From the NCBI GenBank assembly GCA_963799005.1, contig CAWCVK010000001.1, positions 988,066 to 1,052,065 of the forward strand: a DNA stretch of 64,000 nt, read 5' to 3'. Below the pieces are notes generated by a model, which had not been told where the DNA came from, made no database searches, and worked only from the letters and a program-made list of their open reading frames with translations. Made by a program: the position numbers and the translations under genes. Source of the DNA: Candidatus Dormiibacterota bacterium (GTDB taxonomy: Bacteria > Chloroflexota > Dormibacteria > Aeolococcales > Aeolococcaceae). Positions 27,732-38,343 of the stretch are shown in pieces (positions within the stretch are counted from its first letter, which is position 1; each line of letters opens with the position of its first letter).

Positions 27732-29254
27732 CGCAGGACCACCCCGGCGGCCCCCAGCGCGTCCTGCCACTCGCGGCCACGCGCCCATTGCTCGGCGGCT
27801 TCGAGATCGCCGCTGAGGACGCGGTCGGCGGCGAGCGACGGCGAGCGGGCGCGCAGCGTGCCGATCACCGCCCCGGTGGCCTCTGCCGGCCGGAGTGGAT
27901 GGCGCATCTCGATCGCCTGCGCTGCACCGAGCACCTCGATCGCCAGCACCGCGCGAAGCGACCCGACCGAACGGCGGGTGCGCAGCGCCGCCTCGTACCC
28001 CATCGATACATGGTCCTCCTGCCCGGCACTGGTGGCCGAGCTCTGCACCGCAAACGGTGTCGCCGCGTGGCGCAGCGAGGCAACCATGGCCGCCGCGGTG
28101 TACTGGGTGATCATCAGGCCGCTGTTGAGTCCCGGCTCGGGGCTCAGGAACGCCGGCAGGCCCCGGGAGCGCGCGGGGTCGAGCAGCCTGTCGAGGCGAC
28201 GCTCGCTGATGGCGGCCACGTCGGCGCACGCCGACGCGAGCATGTCGGCGGCGTAGGCGAGCGCCTGCCCGTGGAAGTTGCCGGCGCTGACCACCTCGTC
28301 GCCGATGACCACCGGGTTGTCGACAACACTGGCCAATTCAGCCTCGACGGTCTGGCGGCAGAAGGCCACCACGTCGCGCGCGGCGCCGTGCACCTGCGGC
28401 GCGCAGCGAAGTGAGTACGCGTCCTGGACGGCGTGGCGCGAGGGACGGTGGGACGCGACGATCGGGCTCCCCTCGAGCAGTGCTCGAAGGTTCGCCGCCG
28501 AGTCGGCCTGCCCCTGGGCGGGGCGCAGCGCCACCACGCGAGCGTCGTACGCCACCGTCGTCCCCAGCAGCGCCTCGACGCTGAGTGCGCAGGCGATGTC
28601 GGCGAGGCGGAGGAGGTCCTCGATGTCGTGCACCGCCAGGGCGAGCACGCTGGTCATCGCGTCGGTGCCGTTGATGAGCGCGAGTCCCTCCTTGGGCTCG
28701 ACGTCCAGTGGGGTCAGTCCGTGGGCACGCAGCGCGGACTCTCCATCGATGCGCTCACCGCTGTCGCCGAGCGTCCATCCCTGACCGAGCAGCACGGTGG
28801 CGATCGCGGCGAGGGGGGCCAGGTCTCCCGAGGCGCCCAGGGAGCCGTGCTCCGGAACCCAGGGCACGACGCCCGCATTGAGCAGGCCGAGCAGGCCGTC
28901 GACCAATTCGACGCGGACGCCGGACATCCCGGCCGCCAGCGTGCGCGCGCGGAGCAGCATCATGCCGCGCACCACCTCCTCGTCCAGGCGGGGACCGGAT
29001 CCGGCGGCGTGGCTGAGCACGACCGAACGCTGCAGCAGCGCACGATCCGCCGGGTCGACCGCCCGGTCAGCGAGCGCACCGAATCCGGTGGTGACGCCGT
29101 AGACGACCGCGCCCTCGCGGTCGAGGCGATCGACGACCTCGCGCGCCGGTCGCATCCGCGCGCGCACCCCGCGACCGAGGGCCACGGTCTCGAGCTCGCG
29201 AGCGGCGCGCACCACGGCGTCGATGGTCAGCGCGCCGCCGTCCACAGTGATCAT
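27728..29254 (-). CDS. hutH: Histidine ammonia-lyase
   Basis: 508 aa. MIO-forming [13 protein letters not shown], followed by QDAYSLRC and NPVV motifs. Confidence 0.95.
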   Translation of the reverse strand: MITVDGGALTIDAVVRAARELETVALGRGVRARMRPAREVVDRLDREGAVVYGVTTGFGALADRAVDPADRALLQRSVVLSHAAGSGPRLDEEVVRGMMLLRARTLAAGMSGVRVELVDGLLGLLNAGVVPWVPEHGSLGASGDLAPLAAIATVLLGQGWTLGDSGERIDGESALRAHGLTPLDVEPKEGLALINGTDAMTSVLALAVHDIEDLLRLADIACALSVEALLGTTVAYDARVVALRPAQGQADSAANLRALLEGSPIVASHRPSRHAVQDAYSLRCAPQVHGAARDVVAFCRQTVEAELASVVDNPVVIGDEVVSAGNFHGQALAYAADMLASACADVAAISERRLDRLLDPARSRGLPAFLSPEPGLNSGLMITQYTAAAMVASLRHAATPFAVQSSATSAGQEDHVSMGYEAALRTRRSVGSLRAVLAIEVLGAAQAIEMRHPLRPAEATGAVIGTLRARSPSLAADRVLSGDLEAAEQWARGREWQDALGAAGVVLR

Positions 29255-29371
29255 GCGGCGAGCAGCCTACTCGTCGCCGGGCCGGTCCACTCGTCGCGTC
29301 GCGTCCTTTCCCGAGGTGCTGAGCAACCCGGGACCACGAACAGGGGCGGCGCGCACGTACGGTATGGGGAC

Positions 29372-30563
29372 GTGGATCCGATCCCGGCTCTCCCTCCGCC
29401 ATCCGTTTCGCAGGCGTGGCCGCCACCAGCCCCCCCGCTGGAGCCGGCACGTTCGGAGCCCGCACCGCCGGAAACCGGCGTTTCAAGGGCTCGGCGCTGG
29501 CCGGTCGCGCTGCTCGTCGCCGGCGCCATCATTGCCGCCGCCGCAGGTGTGGGACTGGGATCGGCGACCGGCACCGAGGATTCGTCGTCCACCGCCTCGC
29601 TGCTGGCGGCGCAGGGCCACTACGCCAACGCGGTGGCCGTCGATGAAGCGATCGCGGCGCGGACGGGCCCACTGTTTCTCATCGACGCCGGCGCCGCCGG
29701 CACCGCCGGCACCGCCGCACAGCAGACGGTCATGGCCTGGGCGGCGGCGCTCGGTCGAAAGGGCGAGGTGGATGCGGCAGTCGCTCTCTACCGCTCGGTC
29801 ACCGCCCCGTCGCTGCGAAGGGCGGCGCTCGTCGCCCTGGCGGCGCTCCTTCTCAAGACCGCCACCAGCGAGGCCGCGGCCGCCCAGTACCCCAACGCGA
29901 TCCTGCGACTGCTCGAGATCGCCTCGCTCGCCCCGGCCACGCCGGGCGGCGTTCAGGCGGCTCACCAACTTCCGATCGATCAGGTGGGCGAGGCGGGGTT
30001 GCTGGTCACCGACGGGCGCGCCGCGGACGCCGTGGCGATGCTCGAAACCGTGCTCCGCGAGGATTCGCCCTCGGCGACCAAGCCGCCCTCAGCCTGTTTC
30101 CCTCGGCGCTGCTCACCGCCGCGGAGGAGGCCGTCGACGACGAGTCCTACAAAGAGGCGCTCAACGACCTCGAGATGCTGGTGATCACCTTTCCGACCAG
30201 CGTTGAGGCATCGCAGGCGAGGACGATGCTCTCGGCGCCCGGGACGGTTTCGGGCACGCTTGTGACCCACATCGGGGCGCCGATCTCCGGCCGGGTACGG
30301 CTCAGCTCCAACTACAAGCCCGAACCCGGCGGCCGCTACCAGACCAGCGCGCCGTTCTTCTACACGACTGCGGACTCCGCCGGGGACTTCACCTTCAGCG
30401 GCGTGCCAGTGCCGGTCGGCGGATCGCCAAGTACGTGCTCGAGGTGTTCTCCGGCGGCAACTGGAGCACGCTGATCAACCCGGGCACCAATCTGCCGGCG
30501 GACCCGGTCATGGTGACCCCGCTCGTGCCGGTCAACCTCACCTTCGTGGTGCTTCCCTCGTAA
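29372..30563 (+). pseudogene. Membrane protein: Pro-rich N-terminus, one TM, helical-repeat (TPR-like) region, C-terminal carboxypeptidase-regulatory/Ig-like domain; two -1 frame breaks
   Basis: GTG 29372. TM segment WPVALLVAGAIIAAAAGVGLG. The frames switch near 30062-30092 (..AMLETVLRED | ..AALSLFPSALLTAAEEAVDDESYKEALNDLEMLV) and near 30410-30422 (..GDFTFSGVPV | ..KYVLEVFSGGNWSTLI..VNLTFVVLPS*). Confidence 0.55.
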
Positions 30564-30594
30564 GCACCCCGCGCCCGGCTACGATAGCCAGGCG

Positions 30595-31206
30595 ATGGGA
30601 GGGGAATTCGAGGGAGTGGTGCGCCCTCGGCGCACGCCAGGAAAGCGAGCCGGCCAGGCGCTCGTCGAGTTCGCGGTGATCCTGCCGCTCTTCCTGTTCT
30701 GCCTCGTCGCCGCCGTCGATGCCGGACTCTGGGCGGTGCAGACATCGGCGGAGGTGTCCGCCGTCGAGCAGGCCGCGATGATCGCATCGTCGGCGGGCAC
30801 CAGCCCGGTGTCGGAGACGGCCCCTGACGCGCGCGCGGTGACGGCAGCGGTCTCCGCAAGGCTGCGCAGCGCGCTGTTCGGCACCGCGGTCGAAAGCTGG
30901 TGCGCGCAGGCTCCGAGCGGCGGATGCGCACCGGACACCACCCAGCGGTGCCCGTCGACCCCGGCCCAGGTGCAGGCGGCGGACGGCCCGCGCGTGGTCG
31001 TGGTATGCGTCAGCGAGGCCGATCCACCCGCATGCACCCAGTCTGCGGCGCTGAATCCGGGGTGCGGCGACTCACCGACGATCACGGTGCGGGTCATCGG
31101 CTTCGTCGCGTCCTTCGTCCCGCCGGGCTTCGGTCCCGGCGCGGGTGCCTTCGAGCTCCCGACGAACATCTCGGCAACGACCCACACGCTTCGCTTCGCC
31201 CCGTGA
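30595..31206 (+). CDS. TadE-like pseudopilin family protein
   Basis: N-terminus RAGQALVEFAVILPLFLFCLVAAVDAGLW, matching the TadE/TadG-like N-terminal signature. Confidence 0.7.
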   Translation: MGGEFEGVVRPRRTPGKRAGQALVEFAVILPLFLFCLVAAVDAGLWAVQTSAEVSAVEQAAMIASSAGTSPVSETAPDARAVTAAVSARLRSALFGTAVESWCAQAPSGGCAPDTTQRCPSTPAQVQAADGPRVVVVCVSEADPPACTQSAALNPGCGDSPTITVRVIGFVASFVPPGFGPGAGAFELPTNISATTHTLRFAP

Positions 31207-31835
31207 GGCGCAGGGGGCGGCGCGGCGACGACGCTCAAGCGGTCCTCGAGACGGCGCTCGTCATCCCGATCCTGCTGTTCCTCATCTGCAACTTCGTCGC
31301 CGTCATGGTGCAGGTCACGGTGCAGGAACAGCTCAACGCCGCGACCTCGCTCGCGGCGCAGTCACGTTTCCAGGCATCCGAGGTTGCAATCGATCCGTCG
31401 GGCACACGGTGCTGCGGCGCGCACGGAGACACGCTGGTGACGGCCGGGCTGCCGACCGGCTGTCGCTACGCGGCCGAGAGCTTCTACGGAACCATGACCA
31501 CCTACACCGGCCTGCTCCACTGGCGGCCGGCGATCCTCTGCACCTTCGGCGGCGACAGCGGCAACGCTGGCAATGCACCGGTTCAACCGATTGCGTATCC
31601 GGGCTCGCCGTCGAACGCGGACGTGTCGTGCGACATCGGCGCCGTCAAACCCAGCGGCATCGTCATCCCCGGTTACGTGGATCGCGCGCTCAACCCACCG
31701 GCCGGCCTCGACGTGGTCATCTGCAGCGCATCGGCCTCGGTCGACTTCGCGAACACGCCGCTGGCATGGGGGGTGTTCTGGACGCCGGTGCTGCATGCGC
31801 AGGCAGAGGCGCTTCCGCCTCCGTTCCGTCAGTGA
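31203..31835 (+). CDS. TadE-like pseudopilin family protein (second copy)
   Basis: GTG 31203 overlaps the upstream stop (GTGA). AQAVLETALVIPILLFLICNFVAVMVQV. Confidence 0.6.
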   Translation: MRRRGRRGDDAQAVLETALVIPILLFLICNFVAVMVQVTVQEQLNAATSLAAQSRFQASEVAIDPSGTRCCGAHGDTLVTAGLPTGCRYAAESFYGTMTTYTGLLHWRPAILCTFGGDSGNAGNAPVQPIAYPGSPSNADVSCDIGAVKPSGIVIPGYVDRALNPPAGLDVVICSASASVDFANTPLAWGVFWTPVLHAQAEALPPPFRQ

Positions 31836-32419
31836 GCCTCGCGCACGTGCGCCAGCGCGGTCAGACACTCATCATCTTCGCGCTCGGTTTCGCGCTGTTC
31901 CTCTTCAGCCTGACGTGCCTGGTCGCAGACGCGGCATATCTCTACGTGTGGTCGGGCCGCGTGCAGACCGCCGCGCAGCTCGGCGCGCAGTCGGGGGCGG
32001 ATGCGGTCGATCCTCGATACCTCTACGGCGTGACGGGTCCGTGCGCTGCCGGCGCGGCGTGCGCGGTGCAGATCGTCGACATCAGCCCGCGTGACAGCGT
32101 GGGTGGCCTGTACGCATTCGAGCGCGCGTGCATCGAAGCAGCCGACCAGTCGGCACAGATTCCCCGCGATGGCGCCGGTGCGATCGTGCTCAAAACCGCG
32201 AGCGACCCCCAGGTCCCCGACGGCACGTCCTGCGTCAGCGATGGATGCCATGTGTCCGCGTCGGTCGCGCGGGTCGTGCAGCTGCCGATCCCGCTCCCGG
32301 GATTCCCCAGCGCCATCACGGTGCGCGGCCGCGGAGACGCGGCGCCGGTGGTCGGCACCAGCGTGGCGGCGTCGACGTGCACCGGAACGGCGTGGGTTCC
32401 GGCGCCCCCACCAGGCTGA
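31832..32419 (+). CDS. TadG-like (Tad-domain) putative pilus assembly protein
   Basis: GTG 31832 overlaps the upstream stop (GTGA). RGQTLIIFALGFALFLFSLTCLVADAAYLYVWSGRVQTAAQLGAQSGA. Confidence 0.6.
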   Translation: MSLAHVRQRGQTLIIFALGFALFLFSLTCLVADAAYLYVWSGRVQTAAQLGAQSGADAVDPRYLYGVTGPCAAGAACAVQIVDISPRDSVGGLYAFERACIEAADQSAQIPRDGAGAIVLKTASDPQVPDGTSCVSDGCHVSASVARVVQLPIPLPGFPSAITVRGRGDAAPVVGTSVAASTCTGTAWVPAPPPG

Positions 32420-32454
32420 GCGCCCGGGCACCGGCACGTCGGTAAGCTCGGGCG

Positions 32455-33499
32455 ATGCTGATCCGCGAGCCCGCCCTGTGGCGCGACATCCCGGTGCGCG
32501 GCGAGACGCTCGACTCGTCGGCGCGCGAGCTGAGCGGACTCGAAGCGCTGCGTCTGGTCCGCGCCCAGCCACCGATGGGCCGGCTCACCGGGCTCACATT
32601 CGACGGTGCGGCGGAGGGCACCGCCGTGTTCAGCCTGCCGGTGTCGGCATGGTTCACGTGGTCGCACGGCGGCGTCCCCGGCGGCGTGCTCGCGCTGGCG
32701 GCAGACGCGGCCCTGGGGTGCGCGCTGCAGTCGGTGCTCCCGGCCCACACCCAGTACACCACCGCGGAGATGTCGATGACGTACGTGCGCCCGGCTCGGG
32801 TCGGGTCGGTGATCACCGCACGGGGCCGCGAGCTGTACGCCGGACGCACCTTAGGACTGTCGGCGGCCGAGATCGTCGACGGCGAGGGCAGGCTCGTCGC
32901 CTACTCGACGTCGCGGATGCGCATCTTCCGCGAGGCCGCGGGTGGCGCTCCTGCCCGAGGTGGCACCGCGGCGCCGCCGACGCCTTCGGGCCGGCCGGCG
33001 GCCGCGGACAACGGCCCCGACCCGTACCTCCGGCCGGTGTCGGGAGAGCGCATCGACGACGAGGAGTTCCGGTCGCGCAGCGGCGTCGAGATCATCCAGC
33101 GCGCAGATCCGTGGCGAGCTGCCGCTGCCACCCATGCACCACCTCCTCGGCGTCGTCCCCACCGATGCCACCCTGGGGGCGGCGTCATGCGCGATGCCCT
33201 TGAGCGGCTGGCTCGCCACACCTTTCGGATGGCCGCAGGGCGGCTTTATCGTGGTCCTCGCCGACCTCGCGCTTGCCCTCGCCACGCAGACGACCCTTGC
33301 CAAGGGCGAGGGGATGGCTTCGGTGGACATCAAGGTGAACTTCCTTCGCCCCGTGGCCGGCGACGGCAGCACCCTCGAAGCGCGCGCCAAGGTTGTGCAC
33401 CGGGGTCGCAGCCTGACCGTCGGCACCGCCGAGGTGCTCGGTGCCGACGGCCGGCCCGTGGCGTTGGCCACGGGCTCAGCCGCTCTGTTCGGAACCTGA
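32455..33499 (+). pseudogene. Tandem double hotdog-fold PaaI-type thioesterase, one +1 frame break between the two domains
   Basis: Domain 1 is SGLEALRLV..HGGVPGGVLALAADAALGCAL. Domain 2, in the 32942 frame, is GELPLPPMHHLLGV..PQGGFIVVLADLALALA..HRGRSLTVGTAEV. The break lies near 33100-33106. A TAAGCT box sits 6 nt before the ATG. Confidence 0.65.
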
Positions 33500-33501
33500 G
33501 C

Positions 33502-35190
33502 TCAGGCGATCTCGCGTTCGCCACCGCGGATGGCCGGACGGCGGGCGTCCGGACCCTGCACGCGGACTCCGAGGTCGCGTGCGATCTGGCGGCCGTCGGG
33601 ACTGCCCCAGCCGCTCGCCAGGTCCCAGCCGCGCCCGGCACGATACGGCCCGCCGGTGTCGCCGGCGACGACATCGTTGAATCCCCGCCCGCGGCGGGCG
33701 TACAGCACCGGGTGGGGGAGCCCGATCCGGTGGCCGAGCTGAGCGGACACCAGCGTCCACAGCGCCGTGTACATGGGCGCGACCGCGCTGGTCCCGCCGG
33801 TGGTCCGCAGCCGCCGGAGCGCCACCACGTTCCAACCGGTCAGCGGGTCTGCGTTGCCGGAGGCGTCAGGAAGTCCCCGGCCGAGCCCGCCCCCGTCGGC
33901 GGACCGCGGACGGATCCCGAGGGCCGACTGGTACGCGGGCACCGGGAACACCGTGCTGACCCCGCTCCCCGCCGCGCCGGCGCCGCGGGCGAGCTCGTTC
34001 CACACCGTCTCGGTCCGGATCCGGCCGCGAGCGGCAAGCAGCGTGGTGCCGCCGCAGGCCCAGGCGTGCGGGCTCGACGCGGGGAACTCCGGGTGCTGGT
34101 ACCCGTCGACCTCGTCGTTGGTCGACCCGGCGTCGCCGGCCGCCGCGCTGAAGGTCACGCCGTGGAGCGCGCCGACGGCGAAGGCGGCATCGAGCCCTCG
34201 CATGCCCTGCGCCGACCAGTGGTCCTCGGGCGCGCCCCAACTGATCGACACCGCCGCGGGGCGGCGCATGGCGTCGCTCGCGGCGGTGGCCGCGGCGTCG
34301 ATGAAGCCACGCTCGGAGTTGGGCGCGTTGTACGTGACGATGGTGAGGTGCGCCTTCGGCGCCATCGCCGCGACCATGCCGCCGATGACCTGGTAATCGA
34401 GCGCCACCTCGACGTCGGCGCCGTTCGGGTCGGGGTTCGGGGTGGCGCCGTCGAGCCACACGTTGGTGATGTCCGGCGCGGGCAGGCCCAGGCGAGCAAA
34501 CGATGCCGCGAGGTCGAAGGGGTGAACGACGCCGCCCAGCTCGACCATCGCCGCGACCAGCTCGACGCCCTCGCCGCCGTTGGCCAGACGCGGGAAGTCA
34601 TAGAGCGACGCCAGCTGCGGCGGGTCGTAGGCGAATACCGCCGATCGGCCGTCGTCGAGGCCGCGCACGTGCGAGCGCGCAAGTGGCCGGTCGTCGAGCC
34701 CGTAGACGCCCTCGACGACGCGATCGAGGTGGGCTGGAAGCCGTACCGGGCCGCGATGGCCCCGATACTCGACGCTGCGACCGTCCGAGCGCTGCCAGCC
34801 GAACCGCTCGAGGTAGACCTCGAAGGCGCGCGAGAGCTGCTCCACGCTTCCCCGGAGCATCACGCGCCGCGTCGGTGAGTCCTCCGCGGTGACCTGCAGC
34901 CCGGCGGCGGTCGCCCAGCGCAGCACCCGATCCCTGTCGGCGGGGTCGAATCCGTGACGGGCGGTCAGCTGGGAGGCGTCGAGGTGGTGCGCGCACGGGT
35001 CGGGGAGCGATTGCAGCCAGGCGAGGCTCTGCGCGGTCGTCGGTCCGCTGGTGCGCTCGCGGAGCATGAGCGTGACGCCGGCGTCTGCGTGCAGCTCCGC
35101 GTCGTCGAGCTTGCGGAGGCTTCGATGCCCGGGGCGCGTGCCCCCGGCGGGATGGTAGGCGCTGCCACGCAGCGGGACCGAGTCGGGCAT
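33502..35190 (-). CDS. S53 (sedolisin/kumamolisin-like) serine peptidase with pro-kumamolisin activation domain
   Basis: 562 aa. The propeptide-like N-terminal third is followed by a catalytic domain ending with GGTSAVAPMYTALW (nucleophile Ser motif). No obvious signal peptide. Confidence 0.6.
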   Translation of the reverse strand: MPDSVPLRGSAYHPAGGTRPGHRSLRKLDDAELHADAGVTLMLRERTSGPTTAQSLAWLQSLPDPCAHHLDASQLTARHGFDPADRDRVLRWATAAGLQVTAEDSPTRRVMLRGSVEQLSRAFEVYLERFGWQRSDGRSVEYRGHRGPVRLPAHLDRVVEGVYGLDDRPLARSHVRGLDDGRSAVFAYDPPQLASLYDFPRLANGGEGVELVAAMVELGGVVHPFDLAASFARLGLPAPDITNVWLDGATPNPDPNGADVEVALDYQVIGGMVAAMAPKAHLTIVTYNAPNSERGFIDAAATAASDAMRRPAAVSISWGAPEDHWSAQGMRGLDAAFAVGALHGVTFSAAAGDAGSTNDEVDGYQHPEFPASSPHAWACGGTTLLAARGRIRTETVWNELARGAGAAGSGVSTVFPVPAYQSALGIRPRSADGGGLGRGLPDASGNADPLTGWNVVALRRLRTTGGTSAVAPMYTALWTLVSAQLGHRIGLPHPVLYARRGRGFNDVVAGDTGGPYRAGRGWDLASGWGSPDGRQIARDLGVRVQGPDARRPAIRGGEREIA

Positions 35191-35320
35191 GATCGCCCCC
35201 CTCTCGAGGACGCCGGGCGGGCGCCGCCGTGGCGACGGCGCTGCGTCCCGACGCGAAGCCGCCCATCATCGACGGAGGCTTCGGACATCTCCGGGACATC
35301 CACGACGCGGCGCCGGCGGG

Positions 35321-37274
35321 TCAGGCCGGGGTGCGCGTCCGGCCGATGGCGTCGATGGCGCCGAGGTTCTCAAGTGACGAGAGGTCGCCGGGATCGGTGC
35401 CCAGGTAGACCGAGCGGACCACGCGGCGGAGCACCTTGGCGTTGCGTGTTTTGGGCAGTTCCGACACGATCTCGACGGCGTGTGGGGCGAGCGCCTTGCC
35501 GAGGTCCTCGGCGACCCTCTGCGCGAGCGCCGCGCGCAGCTCGGGGGAATCGGTGGCTCCGGGCTTGAGCACGACGAACACGACCAGCGCCTCACCCTTG
35601 AGCGGGTCCGGGACACCGATCGCGGCGGCTTCGGCGACCGCCGTGTGCGCCACCAGCGCGGACTCCACTTCCGCGGGGCCGAGGCGCTTGCCGGCAACTT
35701 TGATGGTGTCGTCGCTGCGGCCGCGGACGTACCAGAGGCCGTCGCCGTCCACCTCCACCCAGTCGCCGTGCACCCACACGTCGGGCCAGCGAGACCAGTA
35801 GGTCTCGAGGTAGCGCTCTCGGTCGTGCCAGAAACCGCGGGTCATGCCCGGCCACGGCGCGCGAATCACCAGCTCGCCCACCTGGCCGCGAACGCTGCCA
35901 CCGTTCTCGTCGACGACATCGGCGGCCATCCCCGGACACGGTCCCGCGAACGCGCACGGCTGCAATGGCGTGAGCATGTTGCCAGCGAGGATGCCTCCGG
36001 AGATCTCGGTGCCGCCCGAGTAGTTGATCACCGGCAGGCGACCGCCGCCGATCTTCTGCTGGTACCACAGCCACGGATCGGTGTTCCACGGCTCCCCGGT
36101 GGACCCGAGCACGCGCAGCGAGGAGAGATCGTGCGCCGCGACCGGGCCGTCGCCATGGCGCATCAACGCTCGAATCACGGTCGGCGCGATGCCGAGCACC
36201 GAGACGCGATGACGCTCCACGACCGACCACAGGCGGTCAGGACCGGGATGATCAGGGACGCCGTCGAAGAGCACCAGCGTCGCGCCGATGCTCAACGCTG
36301 CGCAGATCGCCCACGGCCCCATCATCCAGCCGATGTCCGTGAACCAGAGCAGGCGGTCGTGCTCGCCGACGTCGAAGCAGTGGGCCATGTCCTGCATCGC
36401 CTTGACGGGAAAGCCGCCGTGCACGTGCACGGTGCCCTTGGGCCGTCCGGTCGTTCCGCTCGTGTAGATGATCATGAAGGTCGAGTTCGGCATCGGTGTC
36501 GGCCACCGGTGGCGCCGCGTCGAAGCCTTCCGGCATCGATTCGAACAGCACGTCGCGGTCCGAGCGCATCGGCACGTCGGGGTCGCCGAGCTGGGGTACC
36601 ACCAGGATGTGCTCGAGCGAGGGCAGCTGCGCGGCGGCCTCGTCGGCAACCGCCTTCATGGCGACCGGCCGGCCGCGTCGTGTGAATCCGTCAACAACGA
36701 CCAGAACCTTGGCGTCGCAGTCGCCCAGACGGGAGACGATCGCGCCCGCCCCGTAGCCGCTGAAGAGCGGTACCACGATGGCTCCGAGCCAGGCGCAGGC
36801 GAGAAAGAACGTGACCGTCTCGGGAATCATCGGCAGACACAGCCCGACGCTGTCGCCCGCACCGACGCCGAGTCTCCGAAGCGTGGCCGCGGCGTGAGCG
36901 GTCTGGCGTTCGAGACGGGCATAGGTCCACTCCCCGGTGCCGCCGGCGTCGCCCTCCCACACGACTGCGATCCGGTCCGGCGCACGACGTGCCCAGCGGG
37001 TCACCGCGTTGTGCGCGAGGTTGAGCCTGCCACCACGCCAGAATCGCGTCCAGGGCAGCCCGGGAGACGTGTCCATCGCGAGGTCGAACCGCCGCGTCCA
37101 CTCGACGCCGATGTCATCGACCATCGCCGTCCAGAATCGCTGCGGATCCTGACGGGCGAGCCGGGCGACACCGTCGAGATCGCCCACGCCGAGGCCGTCG
37201 ATGAAGTGCCTGAGCCGCGACCCGCCGGCCTGCTCGGCCGTGGGAGTCCACGCGAATCGCGAGCCGCTGGTCAT
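35321..37274 (-). pseudogene. AMP-forming acyl/acetyl-CoA synthetase-like enzyme, split by one +1 frame break
   Basis: N-terminal part in the 36252..37301 ORF, C-terminal part in 35321..36649 ([52 protein letters not shown]). Deleting one A of GAACTC (plus-strand GAGTTC 36483-36488) gives ..[22 protein letters not shown]... Confidence 0.8.
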
Positions 37275-37297
37275 CTCGGCCTGACCATAGCGCGCGG

Positions 37298-38284
37298 TCA
37301 ACGGTCGATCGACGCCATGTCCCAGTGGCGATCACCACGCACGCTCTCCGGGCTCACCGCCACTTCGAGCCGGGCGACGTCATCGTCGTCGAGGGAGATG
37401 CCGGCCGCCGCGGCATTCTCCTCGAGCCGGGAACGGCGCTTGGTCCCCGGGATGGGGACGATGTCGGGGCCCTGGTGGAGCAGCCACGCGAGCGCGAGCT
37501 GGGCAGCCGTGACCCCTTTCTCGGCCGCGATCTCGCCGATACGCGCGGCGATCGCCACGTTGGCGCCGAAGTTTTCCTCGGCGAAGCGCGGGAACCGGCT
37601 GCGGCGCGTGTCGGAGGCCGCCAGCGTGTCGGAGTTCAGCGCGCCGGTGAGGATGCCGCGACCGAGCGGGCTGTAGGCGACGAAACCGATGCCGAGCTCG
37701 CGCATGGCCGGGAGCACCGATTCCTCGACGTCGCGCGAGAAGAGGGAGTACTCGGACTGCACTGCCGAGATCGGATGGACCGCGTGCGCACGGCGGATCG
37801 TGGCCGGGCCGGCCTCGCTCAACCCGAGAAAGCGAACCTTCCCGGCCTGGACCAGCTCGGCCATCGCTCCGACCGTCTCCTCGATCGGCACCGAACGATC
37901 GACACGGTGCTGGTAGTACAGGTCGATGACGTCGACGTCGAGCCGTTGCAGCGACGCGTCGCATGCCCGATGCACGTACTCGGGATGGCCGTTGATGGTC
38001 TGCGAACCGTCGGCCTGACGCTCGAACCCGAACTTGGTGGCCAGCACGTACTGATCGCGACGCCCGGTCAGGGCTCTGCCGACCAGCTCCTCGTTGGTGA
38101 ACGGCCCGTACATGTCGGCGGTATCGAGCATGGTCACGCCCAGCTCTGCGGCGCGGTCGATGGTGGCCAGCGCCTCGCGTTCGTCGCGTTCCTCTGCCGT
38201 GCCGTAGAAGTCCGACATGCCCATGCAGCCGAGTCCCAGCGCGGAGACCTCCAACCCCTGCGTCCCCAGCGTGCGCTGCTCCAC
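37298..38284 (-). CDS. Aldo/keto reductase
   Basis: GTG 38284 is preceded by GGAGG with 8-nt spacing. [35 protein letters not shown] and IPGTKR motifs. Confidence 0.85.
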   Translation of the reverse strand: MEQRTLGTQGLEVSALGLGCMGMSDFYGTAEERDEREALATIDRAAELGVTMLDTADMYGPFTNEELVGRALTGRRDQYVLATKFGFERQADGSQTINGHPEYVHRACDASLQRLDVDVIDLYYQHRVDRSVPIEETVGAMAELVQAGKVRFLGLSEAGPATIRRAHAVHPISAVQSEYSLFSRDVEESVLPAMRELGIGFVAYSPLGRGILTGALNSDTLAASDTRRSRFPRFAEENFGANVAIAARIGEIAAEKGVTAAQLALAWLLHQGPDIVPIPGTKRRSRLEENAAAAGISLDDDDVARLEVAVSPESVRGDRHWDMASIDR

Positions 38285-38343
38285 GTCCCTTACCTCCGTG
38301 CCTGCCTTCCCCGTGCCCGAAAGGATGCGCGAACCGGGTTTGG

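Noticed and set aside
26145-28256. 703-aa plus-strand ORF over hutU/hutH, plus similar long ORFs at 500-1399, 4210-5328, 19440-20294, 21970-22980, 23489-24889 and 40066-40950
   Set aside because: All are antisense or out of frame relative to genes with strong family motifs, and their products are Arg/Pro/Gly-rich. They were not called.
29372-32419. Complete Tad/Flp pilus locus
   Set aside because: Only TadE/TadG-like genes are present. No ATPase, platform, secretin/anchor, Flp pilin or prepilin peptidase genes are seen nearby, so it is reported as an orphan module instead.
33500-34878. Continuation of ORF 32455..34878 past the thioesterase
   Set aside because: It is antisense to the S53 peptidase gene. 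The thioesterase second domain is in another frame and ends at 33499.
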